A DNA stretch of 64,000 nucleotides. It comes from a virus. The position numbers and the translations under genes were made by a program. This document shows, one piece after another, positions 40,129 to 49,387 of the stretch. Within the stretch, counting starts at the first letter, position 1. The number at the start of each line of letters is the position of its first letter. The notes beneath the pieces were generated by a model. The model saw nothing but the letters and a program-made list of their open reading frames with translations. It had not been told where the DNA came from and searched no databases. The stretch covers positions 37,996 through 101,995 of the IMG/VR virus record IMGVR_UViG_3300033148_003591; one strand, written 5' to 3'.

Positions 40129-40672
40129 TACTATACCTCCAAATAAACCTATTGGCTGTTTTTCGTTTTCCCAAACAAACTTTAGAAATATTTTGATTAG
40201 CGAATCCTAAAAGGTTTTCTATTTCAACTGCACCCTTCCAACTTCTAATAAAATTACCTTCTAAATCATATTGATTAATTGGTTTATATCTGTCTTTTAT
40301 AGTATTTATAGACATCTCTATAAATTTACAATTTTCAAATATATAATCTCCATTATTATTTTTTCTGTCAATTGATGGTTTTTGCAACAACCAAGCTTTA
40401 TCTCTGAACCAAAGTTCTTTTAATTCTTCTGCGGTGATTAAACATTTTATACCACGCCCACCCCAATCTTTATATCGTTTATCATTTGGATTATTACACC
40501 TTTGCTTAATATGATTAAAAACCACTTTCCAAGGATACTTTTTACGATATTCTTTTCTCAAAAAATTAAAACAAAATTTGCACTGAGAACGTTTTCCGTT
40601 TTTACCTCTTTTATTTGAATAAAACTCATCAAATATTTTCTCTTCACTGCATTTACTACAAATTTTCTTCAT
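40121..40672 (-). CDS. HNH homing endonuclease (Zn finger + HNH + NUMOD1)
   Basis: KICSKC N-terminus plus the core shared with 31225 and 32861. Confidence 0.8.
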   Translation of the reverse strand: MKKICSKCSEEKIFDEFYSNKRGKNGKRSQCKFCFNFLRKEYRKKYPWKVVFNHIKQRCNNPNDKRYKDWGGRGIKCLITAEELKELWFRDKAWLLQKPSIDRKNNNGDYIFENCKFIEMSINTIKDRYKPINQYDLEGNFIRSWKGAVEIENLLGFANQNISKVCLGKRKTANRFIWRYSNG

Positions 40673-41219
40673 TATTATCCTTTATAGTATAATGTTTTGG
40701 GTTCTTATCTTTATGTTTTTCTTTTAATTCTTTAATCATTGGTGTAAATTTATCTATTAGTTTAGAATATCCACCTTTAATCATTCTATCATCATTTAAT
40801 TTTCCGGCTTCCATCGCATCGGCTATAACCGCTAAACACGCTCCAGCTTTATATAAATGATTTAATCCACTATCAGGGTCTATATCTTCTCCCTCAAACC
40901 ATGCGATAAGATGTCTTAATGCAGCATCATAATAAATACTAGCTCTAACTCCTACAGCCCTAAAATTACTTCTTCCATACTTTAAGCACCCTTCTAAAAA
41001 CGCCATAGATACACCCGCAGTAAAGGTTGTTGGACAAAGATGAAATGGTAATTTATTTGACCCTATTATATCTTTAGGATTAGTTAGTTTAGTAGATTTT
41101 ACATCTCTAAAAAAATCACAAGCTATACCAACAAGCATTTTTACTTCTGCTCCTTCACAACGCATATTATCTTTATCTATACATTTTTCACACCAAGGAT
41201 TGATATATTTTCTTTCCAT
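40656..41219 (-). CDS. dATP/dGTP diphosphohydrolase-like protein (DUF5664-type)
   Basis: 'NPKD.IG..KLP', 'G.LKYG..N', 'YYDAALRHL.AW.EGED.DPDSGL.HL'. Confidence 0.8.
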   Translation of the reverse strand: MERKYINPWCEKCIDKDNMRCEGAEVKMLVGIACDFFRDVKSTKLTNPKDIIGSNKLPFHLCPTTFTAGVSMAFLEGCLKYGRSNFRAVGVRASIYYDAALRHLIAWFEGEDIDPDSGLNHLYKAGACLAVIADAMEAGKLNDDRMIKGGYSKLIDKFTPMIKELKEKHKDKNPKHYTIKDNNEENL

Positions 41220-41233
41220 CTTACTTAATCTCC

Positions 41234-41863
41234 TTATTTGTTTAAAAATTTATATTTTTCTTTCAAAAATTTAACCAATTCTTTAGTACAATTACTACCA
41301 GAAAAAACAACCCCACCTGAATCTCTAACCATATTTATTAAAGTCGAATTAGCATCTGTTACTGTGTCATCTGGCAATAATAAATATACTGGAATATTAA
41401 GTAAATACGCTGTATGAATTTCTTTAATAGTTCCAACAGTTTTAACATTCTTTTCCATATAAGCAATTATAAAATCACTTCTAATCACAGCTTGATAGTC
41501 TGCCCAATGATTTAAATCATCTATTGTATTACCATGTTTTAAAAAATCCATTCGCAGTGATAATATCATTTCTATTTTTTTTGCTCCAGGTTTAAGAATC
41601 CCCCACCATATTTTATCCATCTCTTCATCAAATCTATCTAAATGTCCAGCTTTTTTAAGATTTTTAATATACTGATTGGCAAGTTTACAATCTTTGCCTG
41701 ATTTTTGTCCTTCTCTTGCTACAGGGTCATAAATACCAAAATAAGGATTTGAAAGCTCATTAACAATAATCTCTTTATGACTTTCCTTATCTAAATCTTG
41801 AACTACTTTATTATGTTCTATAGCTGATGCTAAATATGTTGTGATAAGTAATTTTTCAAACAT
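41234..41863 (-). CDS. Nucleoside 2-deoxyribosyltransferase / NMP N-glycosidase-like protein
   Basis: 'YLAS', 'YDP', 'D..AVIRSDFIIAY', 'GTIKEI..AY..NIPV'. Confidence 0.7.
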   Translation of the reverse strand: MFEKLLITTYLASAIEHNKVVQDLDKESHKEIIVNELSNPYFGIYDPVAREGQKSGKDCKLANQYIKNLKKAGHLDRFDEEMDKIWWGILKPGAKKIEMILSLRMDFLKHGNTIDDLNHWADYQAVIRSDFIIAYMEKNVKTVGTIKEIHTAYLLNIPVYLLLPDDTVTDANSTLINMVRDSGGVVFSGSNCTKELVKFLKEKYKFLNK

Positions 41864-41868
41864 TTAAA

Positions 41869-42483
41869 TCATCTCCTTTTGCGTAAGTTCTTAGTTATTT
41901 CTTTATTAATCATTATATATTCTTTTTTACTATACAATCTTGGTCGAAATTTTTTAATAAACCATTTAGTATATTTCTTTATTTGATTCGTTTCTACTAA
42001 AAAATTATATGCTTGTTTATGTAATGATTGATGAGCTGCATCAATTAAATATAAAATATTATTATTTCTATTATCTATACGATTTAAATCAATATGATGC
42101 CTATTGATTAAATTTTTTCTACTACCCACACCTTTAATTGAATCTGAATGACCTTTTTTAAAAGCACCTGGTGTTGTTATTTTATTCTTAATTTGAGTTC
42201 TTTTCATCTCCATTATTGCTTCAGGATGTAATTCCCAACGAGATTTCCCCTTTATCCAATCAGAATTGACAACACCGTTTTTACGATTTTTCTTCATAGT
42301 TGCACTTTTACTAATTCTTCCTTGGAACGATATCTTTCTTATTGGTATATTGTATTCGTGCAATCTTCTACAAATTGTAGTCATATCACACCCTATTTCT
42401 TCTGCTATGGTATAAGTTGTTTTATCTTTATCAATATATTCTTTTAATAAAAATTCTTTAGTAATATTATATTTCTTTTTCAT
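41869..42483 (-). CDS. HNH endonuclease with N-terminal HTH
   Basis: 'TYTIAEEIGC...IPIR', 'FKKG', 'HHIDLNR.DN...N....H..LH'. Confidence 0.7.
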   Translation of the reverse strand: MKKKYNITKEFLLKEYIDKDKTTYTIAEEIGCDMTTICRRLHEYNIPIRKISFQGRISKSATMKKNRKNGVVNSDWIKGKSRWELHPEAIMEMKRTQIKNKITTPGAFKKGHSDSIKGVGSRKNLINRHHIDLNRIDNRNNNILYLIDAAHQSLHKQAYNFLVETNQIKKYTKWFIKKFRPRLYSKKEYIMINKEITKNLRKRR

Positions 42484-42490
42484 TTTTACC

Positions 42491-43132
42491 TCATCTTTGT
42501 ATTGATTTTGGCTTTTCATCATTTTCTATTGTTTTCTTAAATAATTGTTTTGAAGCTGTATGATAAATAACTATTCCTTCTGGCTTCATAAATCCTGGTG
42601 CAGCCACACTCCCATTCTTTTGTAATTTATCAATTTCCCACCATGCATTTTCGGTTTCAAACATACCCCTGTATAAAACTGGAACTACTCTACAACATTT
42701 AGGACATAATTCTCTTTTATCCTCAACATCTAATCTGGGGGTTTCAACTTCTATCCATCTACCAGTATTAAATAAAGAGAATACTTTTTCTTCCATGTTA
42801 TATCCTCTTGCTATTCCTTGACCCCACCATTCTCCATAATGATGCCCTGCACCAAGTTTTAATAATTCTTCAGCATTTTCTTTAACCCATTTTGCAAAAC
42901 CCTTATTATCTTTAGTAGTTGTTATCCATTTATTTCTTGAACCTGGAACAACACCATATAAAAAATCACCATTTTCAATTACTGCCCAATCTCTTGATTT
43001 GAAATCATTCCCAATGTTGGTATGTTTATCAATAGGTAAAATAAATATCTGTGCATTAGTTCCATCTATTTTTTCTGTAATCACACACTCTCTACTTAAT
43101 CTTGCTATCTTTTCAAATTTTTGAAATTCCAT
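42491..43132 (-). CDS. RNA ligase (Rnl2-like adenylation domain)
   Basis: 'TEKIDGTN', 'SR', 'YGEWWG', 'F.LF', 'PEGIV', 'K'. Confidence 0.8.
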   Translation of the reverse strand: MEFQKFEKIARLSRECVITEKIDGTNAQIFILPIDKHTNIGNDFKSRDWAVIENGDFLYGVVPGSRNKWITTTKDNKGFAKWVKENAEELLKLGAGHHYGEWWGQGIARGYNMEEKVFSLFNTGRWIEVETPRLDVEDKRELCPKCCRVVPVLYRGMFETENAWWEIDKLQKNGSVAAPGFMKPEGIVIYHTASKQLFKKTIENDEKPKSIQR

Positions 43133-43136
43133 TGTT

Positions 43137-43376
43137 TTATACCCTCTCTATTTGAATTAATCCATCTTTACATTTTATTTTTACTTTATTTTTTGGGGGA
43201 CAATTAAACCCAATCCCTAAATATTTATAAATTAACTCTTGAAACATTCTCTTATTTGATAAAAATATTCCATCCCATGTAGGATAAAACTGAGAATTAA
43301 ACTCTTCTTGCCAATTAGGTTCTGGCTTTCCTAAACATTCTTGAGCTATTTCTAAAAACTTCTTTTCCTTCATCAT
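43137..43376 (-). CDS. Hypothetical protein
   Basis: ORF in the operon. Confidence 0.45.
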   Translation of the reverse strand: MMKEKKFLEIAQECLGKPEPNWQEEFNSQFYPTWDGIFLSNKRMFQELIYKYLGIGFNCPPKNKVKIKCKDGLIQIERV

Positions 43377-43792
43377 TTAATCCTCTCTTCTAATATTTTT
43401 AATTTTAAAATACCATAAATAGTTAGTGTTGAAATAATAGATAATTCAAACATTCCAAGTCCAATTAATAATGAAATACCAACAGTCGACCACAGAACTG
43501 CTGCTGTTGTAATACCCTGTGCATGACCCTTCTTTTCAATAATAACTCCACTACCTAAAAACCCTATACCTATAATAGGGGCATATAGAATCCGTGTCAT
43601 ATCTAAATTCATTTGGTCTTTAAATGTTAATGCAATTATAGCAAATAAAGTAGTACCTAAAGTAACAAGCATTATTCCTCGTAAGCCCATTGGTTTGTCT
43701 GTTGTTTCTCGTTCTATACCAATAAGACTACTTAGTAATAATGATAATCCTATTTTTGCTATTGGTATTAATTCTGGAAAATATTTAATCAT
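43373..43792 (-). CDS. MgtC/SapB family membrane protein
   Basis: 'IGIERE..KPMGLRG..LV..G', 'GIGFLGSG.I', 'GITTAA.LW'. Confidence 0.85.
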   Translation of the reverse strand: MIKYFPELIPIAKIGLSLLLSSLIGIERETTDKPMGLRGIMLVTLGTTLFAIIALTFKDQMNLDMTRILYAPIIGIGFLGSGVIIEKKGHAQGITTAAVLWSTVGISLLIGLGMFELSIISTLTIYGILKLKILEERIK

Positions 43793-43828
43793 TGTTCTCC
43801 TCAATTTTATATTTTTTAATTTATCTAT

Positions 43829-43999
43829 TTAATTATCCTCAAATTCTAATATTATAATTTCTTTTTCTTCTTCCTTTGTGGTTTCTTCAATTTTTACATT
43901 ATTTATAGTTTCTTTTTTTCCAAGCACATACCCTTTAGTAAAAAAATAAGTGCAAAGTATAGTAGTAACTAACACAAAAACTACGAATGATTTTTTCAT
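43829..43999 (-). CDS. Small membrane-anchored protein
   Basis: SD AAGGAG before MKKSF; hydrophobic N-terminus. Confidence 0.45.
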   Translation of the reverse strand: MKKSFVVFVLVTTILCTYFFTKGYVLGKKETINNVKIEETTKEEEKEIIILEFEDN

Positions 44000-44187
44000 T
44001 ATATCTCCTTTTTTAATAAATTTTTTACCATCGAATAAAAACCCAAGAATGTAAAACTTATACACATAAAGTTTAATGGATATAAAAACCCAGGCTGCCA
44101 CCATCCTTCTTGTATCTCTGGTTGTGCTAAATGATATGATAAAAACATAGTTAATACAATTAAAAATATAAGTATTAGTTTTTTCAT
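43999..44187 (-). CDS. Small membrane protein
   Basis: Two hydrophobic segments. Confidence 0.5.
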   Translation of the reverse strand: MKKLILIFLIVLTMFLSYHLAQPEIQEGWWQPGFLYPLNFMCISFTFLGFYSMVKNLLKKEI

Positions 44188-45335
44188 TTTAAATTCTCCT
44201 CTAAGAATTTTTTAATATAAAACCCCTTTACAACATTGGTTCTTGTGGTGTCCATTTGTAAATTACCAAAAGCCTCAAACCCACTACCACTATATATTAA
44301 CCCTAGTAATTCTCCGTCTTTATTAAATACCCCACTACCTGATTGCCCTGGAGAGCCAGGAATCTGATAAATATCATGTTTCAAAATTGTACCAGAAAAT
44401 ACACCTTCACCATAAATAAAGGGTCTTGCAAGAGAATGCCCGATTGTAAATACTTTTTCAGTAATTTCAGGGTAAGCTAAACCTCTTACAACATCCTTTC
44501 CAGGTATTGTTCCCTCTATTTTAAGAAGTGCTAAATCTACTGATTCATGTAATTTTACCACATCACAAGCTACCATTTTTTTACCAACTTTTACTGATAT
44601 TAAAGAAACAAATGGGTCATAACCACCGACTACATGTTTATTAGTTAGTATGTAAGTATTATTCTCATCAACTTTAACTATAACACCTGTACCACACCAA
44701 CTAACAGGTGGAGTATGGTCATAATTTACTTCTTTTCCAGTTACAATTACTGTTACAGATTTTAAATATTTATGTGTGGGTTTTTTATTAATTTCCTCTA
44801 TATTTTCTTTATTAAGAATAGAGCATTCTTTATTAGATATTATGTTTGCCTCATTCAAATAAATCTTATTCACGTTCTCATTAACTATGGCTGTTGTTTT
44901 TTTATCTCTTTCATTATTCACTTCAATATTTTCTTTATTACGTGCAAAGAGAGTTCTATTAAAATTTATGTTCTGCTCATTTAAACAAGTTTTGCCAGTG
45001 TTTCCAGCAACCATGCCAGTTATCTTTTTATCCCTCGCTGTATTTGCTTCAGATTGTTTTTCATTGATAAAAATGTTAGCTTTATTTTCAAGAATTTGAT
45101 TGCCCCAAATACCATTTCTTACCCTAATTGAATCTTTATATTTTGTATAACCTCTTGCAAGTCTATTTAAAGAATCACACAAAACTATTGTAGTTCCGGC
45201 TAATCTAATAGTTGCTATTGCATTTGAGTTACAATGTTTAGTATTTAGCTTAATATTATATGAATTTGAACATATAAGCACTAATACTAAAAGTATATAG
45301 AGATGCTTTTTTAATTCTTTAACTAAATTATTCAT
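44184..45335 (-). CDS. Membrane-anchored trypsin-like serine protease with coiled-coil stalk
   Basis: N-terminal TM; triad motifs 'TNKHVV', 'DLAL', 'PGQSGS'. Confidence 0.85.
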   Translation of the reverse strand: MNNLVKELKKHLYILLVLVLICSNSYNIKLNTKHCNSNAIATIRLAGTTIVLCDSLNRLARGYTKYKDSIRVRNGIWGNQILENKANIFINEKQSEANTARDKKITGMVAGNTGKTCLNEQNINFNRTLFARNKENIEVNNERDKKTTAIVNENVNKIYLNEANIISNKECSILNKENIEEINKKPTHKYLKSVTVIVTGKEVNYDHTPPVSWCGTGVIVKVDENNTYILTNKHVVGGYDPFVSLISVKVGKKMVACDVVKLHESVDLALLKIEGTIPGKDVVRGLAYPEITEKVFTIGHSLARPFIYGEGVFSGTILKHDIYQIPGSPGQSGSGVFNKDGELLGLIYSGSGFEAFGNLQMDTTRTNVVKGFYIKKFLEENLK

Positions 45336-45360
45336 TTATAATCACTTATCCTTTCTATGT

Positions 45361-45660
45361 TTAAATAATAGATGCTTCTATCATAGCTTCCATTGTATCT
45401 TCATAATCTTTAATAGTTTCTTTATATTCTTCAATAATTTTTATAAGTTGTTTTATATAATTCTGATTTTCTTTATAAGCTTGTTTATACTTATCTATCA
45501 TAGTGTCTTGGAGTTTAATAGTAACTTTCTGCTCATTAATTACTTTATTACAGATAATCACACATTCTTTGTATGTTCTAATAGTATTAAAATTTGTTAC
45601 AACTGTTCCACTAAATATAATATTGGTTAATAAAAGTATACCAATAATAATATTCTTCAT
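45361..45660 (-). CDS. Membrane-anchored coiled-coil protein
   Basis: Signal/TM segment followed by heptads; SD GGAGG. Confidence 0.55.
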   Translation of the reverse strand: MKNIIIGILLLTNIIFSGTVVTNFNTIRTYKECVIICNKVINEQKVTIKLQDTMIDKYKQAYKENQNYIKQLIKIIEEYKETIKDYEDTMEAMIEASII

Positions 45661-45676
45661 TATTTACCTCCGTTAA

Positions 45677-46009
45677 TTAAATATCACCATTAAGTTCGCA
45701 TTTCTCATCTTCGTATTTCATAACATGTTTAATAAAAAACACCTGCCACGCTAATTCATATGCTCTTTTTGAATCTTCATCCATAAAATTTTGTTTTACA
45801 CAATTACGCATTATTTTATAAACATTATGAGCTGTAGCCCATCTTCGTTCCTTATGCCATTTTATCATCATCTTTTTATAAAAATAGTAGCATTTATCAC
45901 CAACATCAAATCCAGCTTCAACTGATTTATATGTTAATAAAATATGTTTAACTTCATCATCAGTTAATGCATCTACTTTTTTACGCTTATCGGGTGTTGT
46001 GAATGACAT
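45677..46009 (-). CDS. Conserved-looking phage protein (YEDxKxxxNGD C-terminus)
   Basis: Distant paralog of 46021-46737. Confidence 0.55.
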   Translation of the reverse strand: MSFTTPDKRKKVDALTDDEVKHILLTYKSVEAGFDVGDKCYYFYKKMMIKWHKERRWATAHNVYKIMRNCVKQNFMDEDSKRAYELAWQVFFIKHVMKYEDEKCELNGDI

Positions 46010-46020
46010 TAATTATCTCC

Positions 46021-46737
46021 TTAATATACTTCAATATTTTTACAACCGTATACATCTAATCCATTATCATTCTTTCTTTCAATCATAACCTCTTGATAGC
46101 CAACATGATGTCCATCTTGGTCTATAATTTCAATTAATTTAGTATAATAAGGAGTGTCATAACAATCTCCTGACTTTACTATTTGAGCAGCTTCATAACC
46201 TGGGTTTACCCTTCGTTTATATTCATCCTTAATATCTTCAAAAACTCCACCAATTCCTACCATTTGTTCCTTATTATTAAAATAATTAGTAGTCTTTACT
46301 AATGCCTCTACAGTTAAAGCATAAATAAAATATCTTAATTCGCTTTTCTGTTTCCCTTGCTCAACTAATCTTTTTGGAACTTCTTGAATTAAGCGAGTAA
46401 TAGCATAATTTAACTCACCTAAAAAAGCTCCTTCATAGTTATAAGCTTTACCTACTTTCCAAATTGTTCTTGCCAAAAAAACTTCATCTTCATATATATA
46501 AGTTTCCTCCGCTTGAGATACATCACCTAAATCCTGTATAACTAAACTAAGAAAATTTCCAATATTTATAAAACAACGAAATAATTCTTCGGCAATGCTG
46601 TTATTTAAATAAATCTTCTTAGCTATTTCTCCAGATAACATTTTTACATCCTTATCAATTAAAACTCTATCTTGTGCTTTTCCATCTTTTACTATTCCAC
46701 TTGGATTAGGTGTTATTTCACTTGGTACATATGGCAT
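46021..46737 (-). CDS. Conserved-looking phage protein (MPY..., GELNY, EYKRR..YE...GD)
   Basis: Motifs as listed; SD GGAGG. Confidence 0.6.
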   Translation of the reverse strand: MPYVPSEITPNPSGIVKDGKAQDRVLIDKDVKMLSGEIAKKIYLNNSIAEELFRCFINIGNFLSLVIQDLGDVSQAEETYIYEDEVFLARTIWKVGKAYNYEGAFLGELNYAITRLIQEVPKRLVEQGKQKSELRYFIYALTVEALVKTTNYFNNKEQMVGIGGVFEDIKDEYKRRVNPGYEAAQIVKSGDCYDTPYYTKLIEIIDQDGHHVGYQEVMIERKNDNGLDVYGCKNIEVY

Positions 46738-46749
46738 AATATTCCTCCT

Positions 46750-47076
46750 TTATAGTTTCATGTTTAAAAAATATTCAATACTTCCTGATGCTTTATCATC
46801 CACATAAATATCTGCATTTATTTTTCGTGGGTCTCCAAACCGACATCTAAACTCATCGCATTGTTTATTTACTTCATCAAAATATATTTCATGTGAACGA
46901 CACCATTGTACTGCCTCTGCTAAATAGTGTTCCTCATCTCTACAAGTCCATAAAATAACAGTATGACCCAACCCAAATGCCATTTTAACTTTTGCAATAA
47001 CATCATAATGAGGTTTACCAATACTAGGATATGCAAAATCACATAAAGTACCGTCAAAATCAATTGCTATTATCAT
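46750..47076 (-). CDS. Minimal (capless) HAD-superfamily phosphatase
   Basis: 'IAIDFDGTL', 'WTCR', 'K..ADIYVDDK'. Confidence 0.85.
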   Translation of the reverse strand: MIIAIDFDGTLCDFAYPSIGKPHYDVIAKVKMAFGLGHTVILWTCRDEEHYLAEAVQWCRSHEIYFDEVNKQCDEFRCRFGDPRKINADIYVDDKASGSIEYFLNMKL

Positions 47077-47245
47077 TTATCTCCTTATATAAGACATGTA
47101 TTTAAAGACCATCTAATTCTGGCTATTTCATCTTCTATTTTTCCTAATCTCTTTTCATTTGTAGTATTCTTTTTTTCAGCTTCTAAATCTTCTATTTTTC
47201 TTTTTACTGTGCAATAAATTTCATCTAATTTCCAATCCTGTATCA

Positions 47246-47431
47246 TTATTGAATCCCTCCGGCTTTCATTTCTCTAATAACAATATCAAAGGCTTTCCTG
47301 ATATTAAGTTCTGCTTTTACAAATTTTCCAACTAATTCTTTTGATGCACCAGCTTCAAGTGGGTTCATAACTTGATAAAGCGCACTTATAACTAATTCTT
47401 TTGTTATTTTTACATCTTTTAAATGCAACAT
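47246..47431 (-). CDS. Hypothetical protein
   Basis: SD AGGAG. Confidence 0.45.
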   Translation of the reverse strand: MLHLKDVKITKELVISALYQVMNPLEAGASKELVGKFVKAELNIRKAFDIVIREMKAGGIQ

Positions 47432-47925
47432 ATTATCTCCTATATTTTATACGAATGGCACAACACAAACAGTTTCTTCATTTATAAAATATTCTAATAC
47501 TACATGAATTAATTCACCATCTTTAAATACTTGAAAACAATGCTCTTCATACTGATTATAAACTCTTCGTAATCTTAATTTCATTTTATTATTCTCCTTA
47601 TATTAAACAATATAATATTAAAGCGTTATACGATGATAAATAACTTTTTTGATATTTAATGTTTTTCACTTCAATTGTTTTTTCATTTTCTTTTAAAAAT
47701 TTATTTATTTTATCTTCTAAAAGCTTTGATGTATAATCCTGAAAAATTTTTACTTGAAACATAAATCCTCCTATTTAACAAAATACAAAAATATATACAG
47801 AAAAAATAACGCAATATTAATTCCGGTAAATTTCCAACTATGAGCAACAGCATTCATTATACCCATTATACCAAAACAACTTGTAGCAATTATTTGTAAT
47901 ATTCTTTCTAACATTCTTTTCTCCC

Positions 47926-48129
47926 TTAATCTAAACGTAATAGAAAATGCATGCCGTTTTTTAATGCTTTCATATCCTTTTTATCAAATATTTTTTCTTT
48001 GATATTCATTTTTTCTAATTTATTTATATCGGTACACATAACTCCAACTCCTCCATCTGGAAAAGTAAATTCTAATCCAGAATGTTTATGCACCCATTGT
48101 TCAAATTTTTGCGAATTAGTTCTTTTCAT
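47926..48129 (-). CDS. Hypothetical protein
   Basis: TAATG coupling to the upstream HNH gene. Confidence 0.45.
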   Translation of the reverse strand: MKRTNSQKFEQWVHKHSGLEFTFPDGGVGVMCTDINKLEKMNIKEKIFDKKDMKALKNGMHFLLRLD

Positions 48130-48599
48130 TAATATACCCCACTTGTTTTTATTCTATGACAATTTGAACAAAGTAATTTACATTTCATTAGCTCTTTTAA
48201 AATTATCTTCCAATTCTTGTCTCCAATATTTCTAACATTTAATAAAAAATGTTTATCTCTCAAATGATGAAAATCAAAAACACAAGCATTAGTTCCATTA
48301 TATAACAAATTGCATTGGGTGCATTTTCCACCTTTTAATAAAATTAATTCTCCTTTTCTTCGCTGATATCTAAGTTTTTTATATAGATATATTTTATGTC
48401 TATTTTTGCGACTCCATTCTCTTTTATATTGGGTAGGATTATCATATTTTCTTCCATTATGACCATTAATATACTTCCTATCTCTGCCGTATTTATCCTT
48501 ATTTTTAATTTGAATTCCACAGCCACATGCACAAGAAACAACCCTTGCTTCTTTATAAACTTTATTAAAATGACGTTGTTTAATTTCTTGTTTAGTCAT
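48129..48599 (-). CDS. HNH endonuclease
   Basis: 'CACGCG...YINGHN', 'GGKCTQC', 'FDFHH', 'KCKLLCSNCHR'. Confidence 0.75.
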   Translation of the reverse strand: MTKQEIKQRHFNKVYKEARVVSCACGCGIQIKNKDKYGRDRKYINGHNGRKYDNPTQYKREWSRKNRHKIYLYKKLRYQRRKGELILLKGGKCTQCNLLYNGTNACVFDFHHLRDKHFLLNVRNIGDKNWKIILKELMKCKLLCSNCHRIKTSGVY

Positions 48600-48627
48600 T
48601 ATTATTCTCCCTTATCTGCCTATTATA

Positions 48628-48655
48628 AGTATACCACACAAATCGTATTTGTCAA
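48628..48655 (-). promoter_or_regulatory. Sigma70-type promoter TTGACA-16 bp-TATACT
   Basis: Reverse complement: CCCC TTGACA AATACGATTTGTGTGG TATACT. Confidence 0.8.
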
Positions 48656-48811
48656 GGGGTGATTATTATTTTCTTACATTTAGAACAAATCTGCCCTAAT
48701 TTTTTATCCCACAAAGTAATCAATGGTTTTTCCTTGCATTTACATATATTAATATTAAATATCTTGTCGTAATTATTTCTGTATTCTTCTGTTGCTGCTC
48801 GCTGCTTATAA

Positions 48812-49114
48812 TCAAACATTGTTTTCTCCTAATTCTTTAAATATCCATCCTTTTCCTAAACATGTCTTGCATCCTATTCTTTTAAACATATCATGTAAAT
48901 GCCCCATTGACCAATTTTTATCCTTACACGTTGATACACAATCAGGGCATGGAGATATTTCTTTTCCATAAATATACCAATGAACACCACTTAAAGTTAA
49001 TTTCACACAATTATTACAAATATAAGTTCCATCTTTAAATTTTTCGTTTAAGTCAGAAAGATTTTTAAACTTTCCACATAATATACATTTGTGTATTTTT
49101 ACTGGATTATTCAT
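48812..49114 (-). CDS. Zn-finger hypothetical protein
   Basis: Four CxxC pairs. Confidence 0.5.
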   Translation of the reverse strand: MNNPVKIHKCILCGKFKNLSDLNEKFKDGTYICNNCVKLTLSGVHWYIYGKEISPCPDCVSTCKDKNWSMGHLHDMFKRIGCKTCLGKGWIFKELGENNV

Positions 49115-49387
49115 TTACTTATCCTTTAAATAACTGTTAATAAAATTCCTCTTTGCACCATTAAGAGTTTTAAATTGTTTTACATATTGACTATCTTTCA
49201 TTGGAAATTCACAACGCCATCCTCTTTTAGCTACCCATGAATATAATCCTCTATCAGCAGCAATGTAAGTATCAAGTGGGTTCTGGTCAAATTCTACTGA
49301 TGTTAATCCTAAATCATACTCTTTGAGATTTATTATTTCATCTACTTTAGCACTCATAATTCGTTCAATTAAATTTGTATAGTCCAT
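49115..49387 (-). CDS. Hypothetical protein
   Basis: SD GGAGG; 'FKTLNGAKR'. Confidence 0.55.
   Translation of the reverse strand: MDYTNLIERIMSAKVDEIINLKEYDLGLTSVEFDQNPLDTYIAADRGLYSWVAKRGWRCEFPMKDSQYVKQFKTLNGAKRNFINSYLKDK

Noticed and set aside
31225-40672. Diversity-generating retroelement TR/VR pair among near-identical HNH tracts
   Set aside because: Differences are not adenine-specific and there is no reverse transcriptase in the window
40656-41219. Z-genome or 7-deazaguanine pathway call
   Set aside because: No recognisable PurZ, FolE, QueC/D/E or DpdA in the window; the hydrolase alone is insufficient
46750-47076. HAD phosphatase as KdsC for the Kdo module
   Set aside because: It lies 32 kb from kdsA and lacks the KdsC 'DVDGVLTDG' and 'GD..D' pattern
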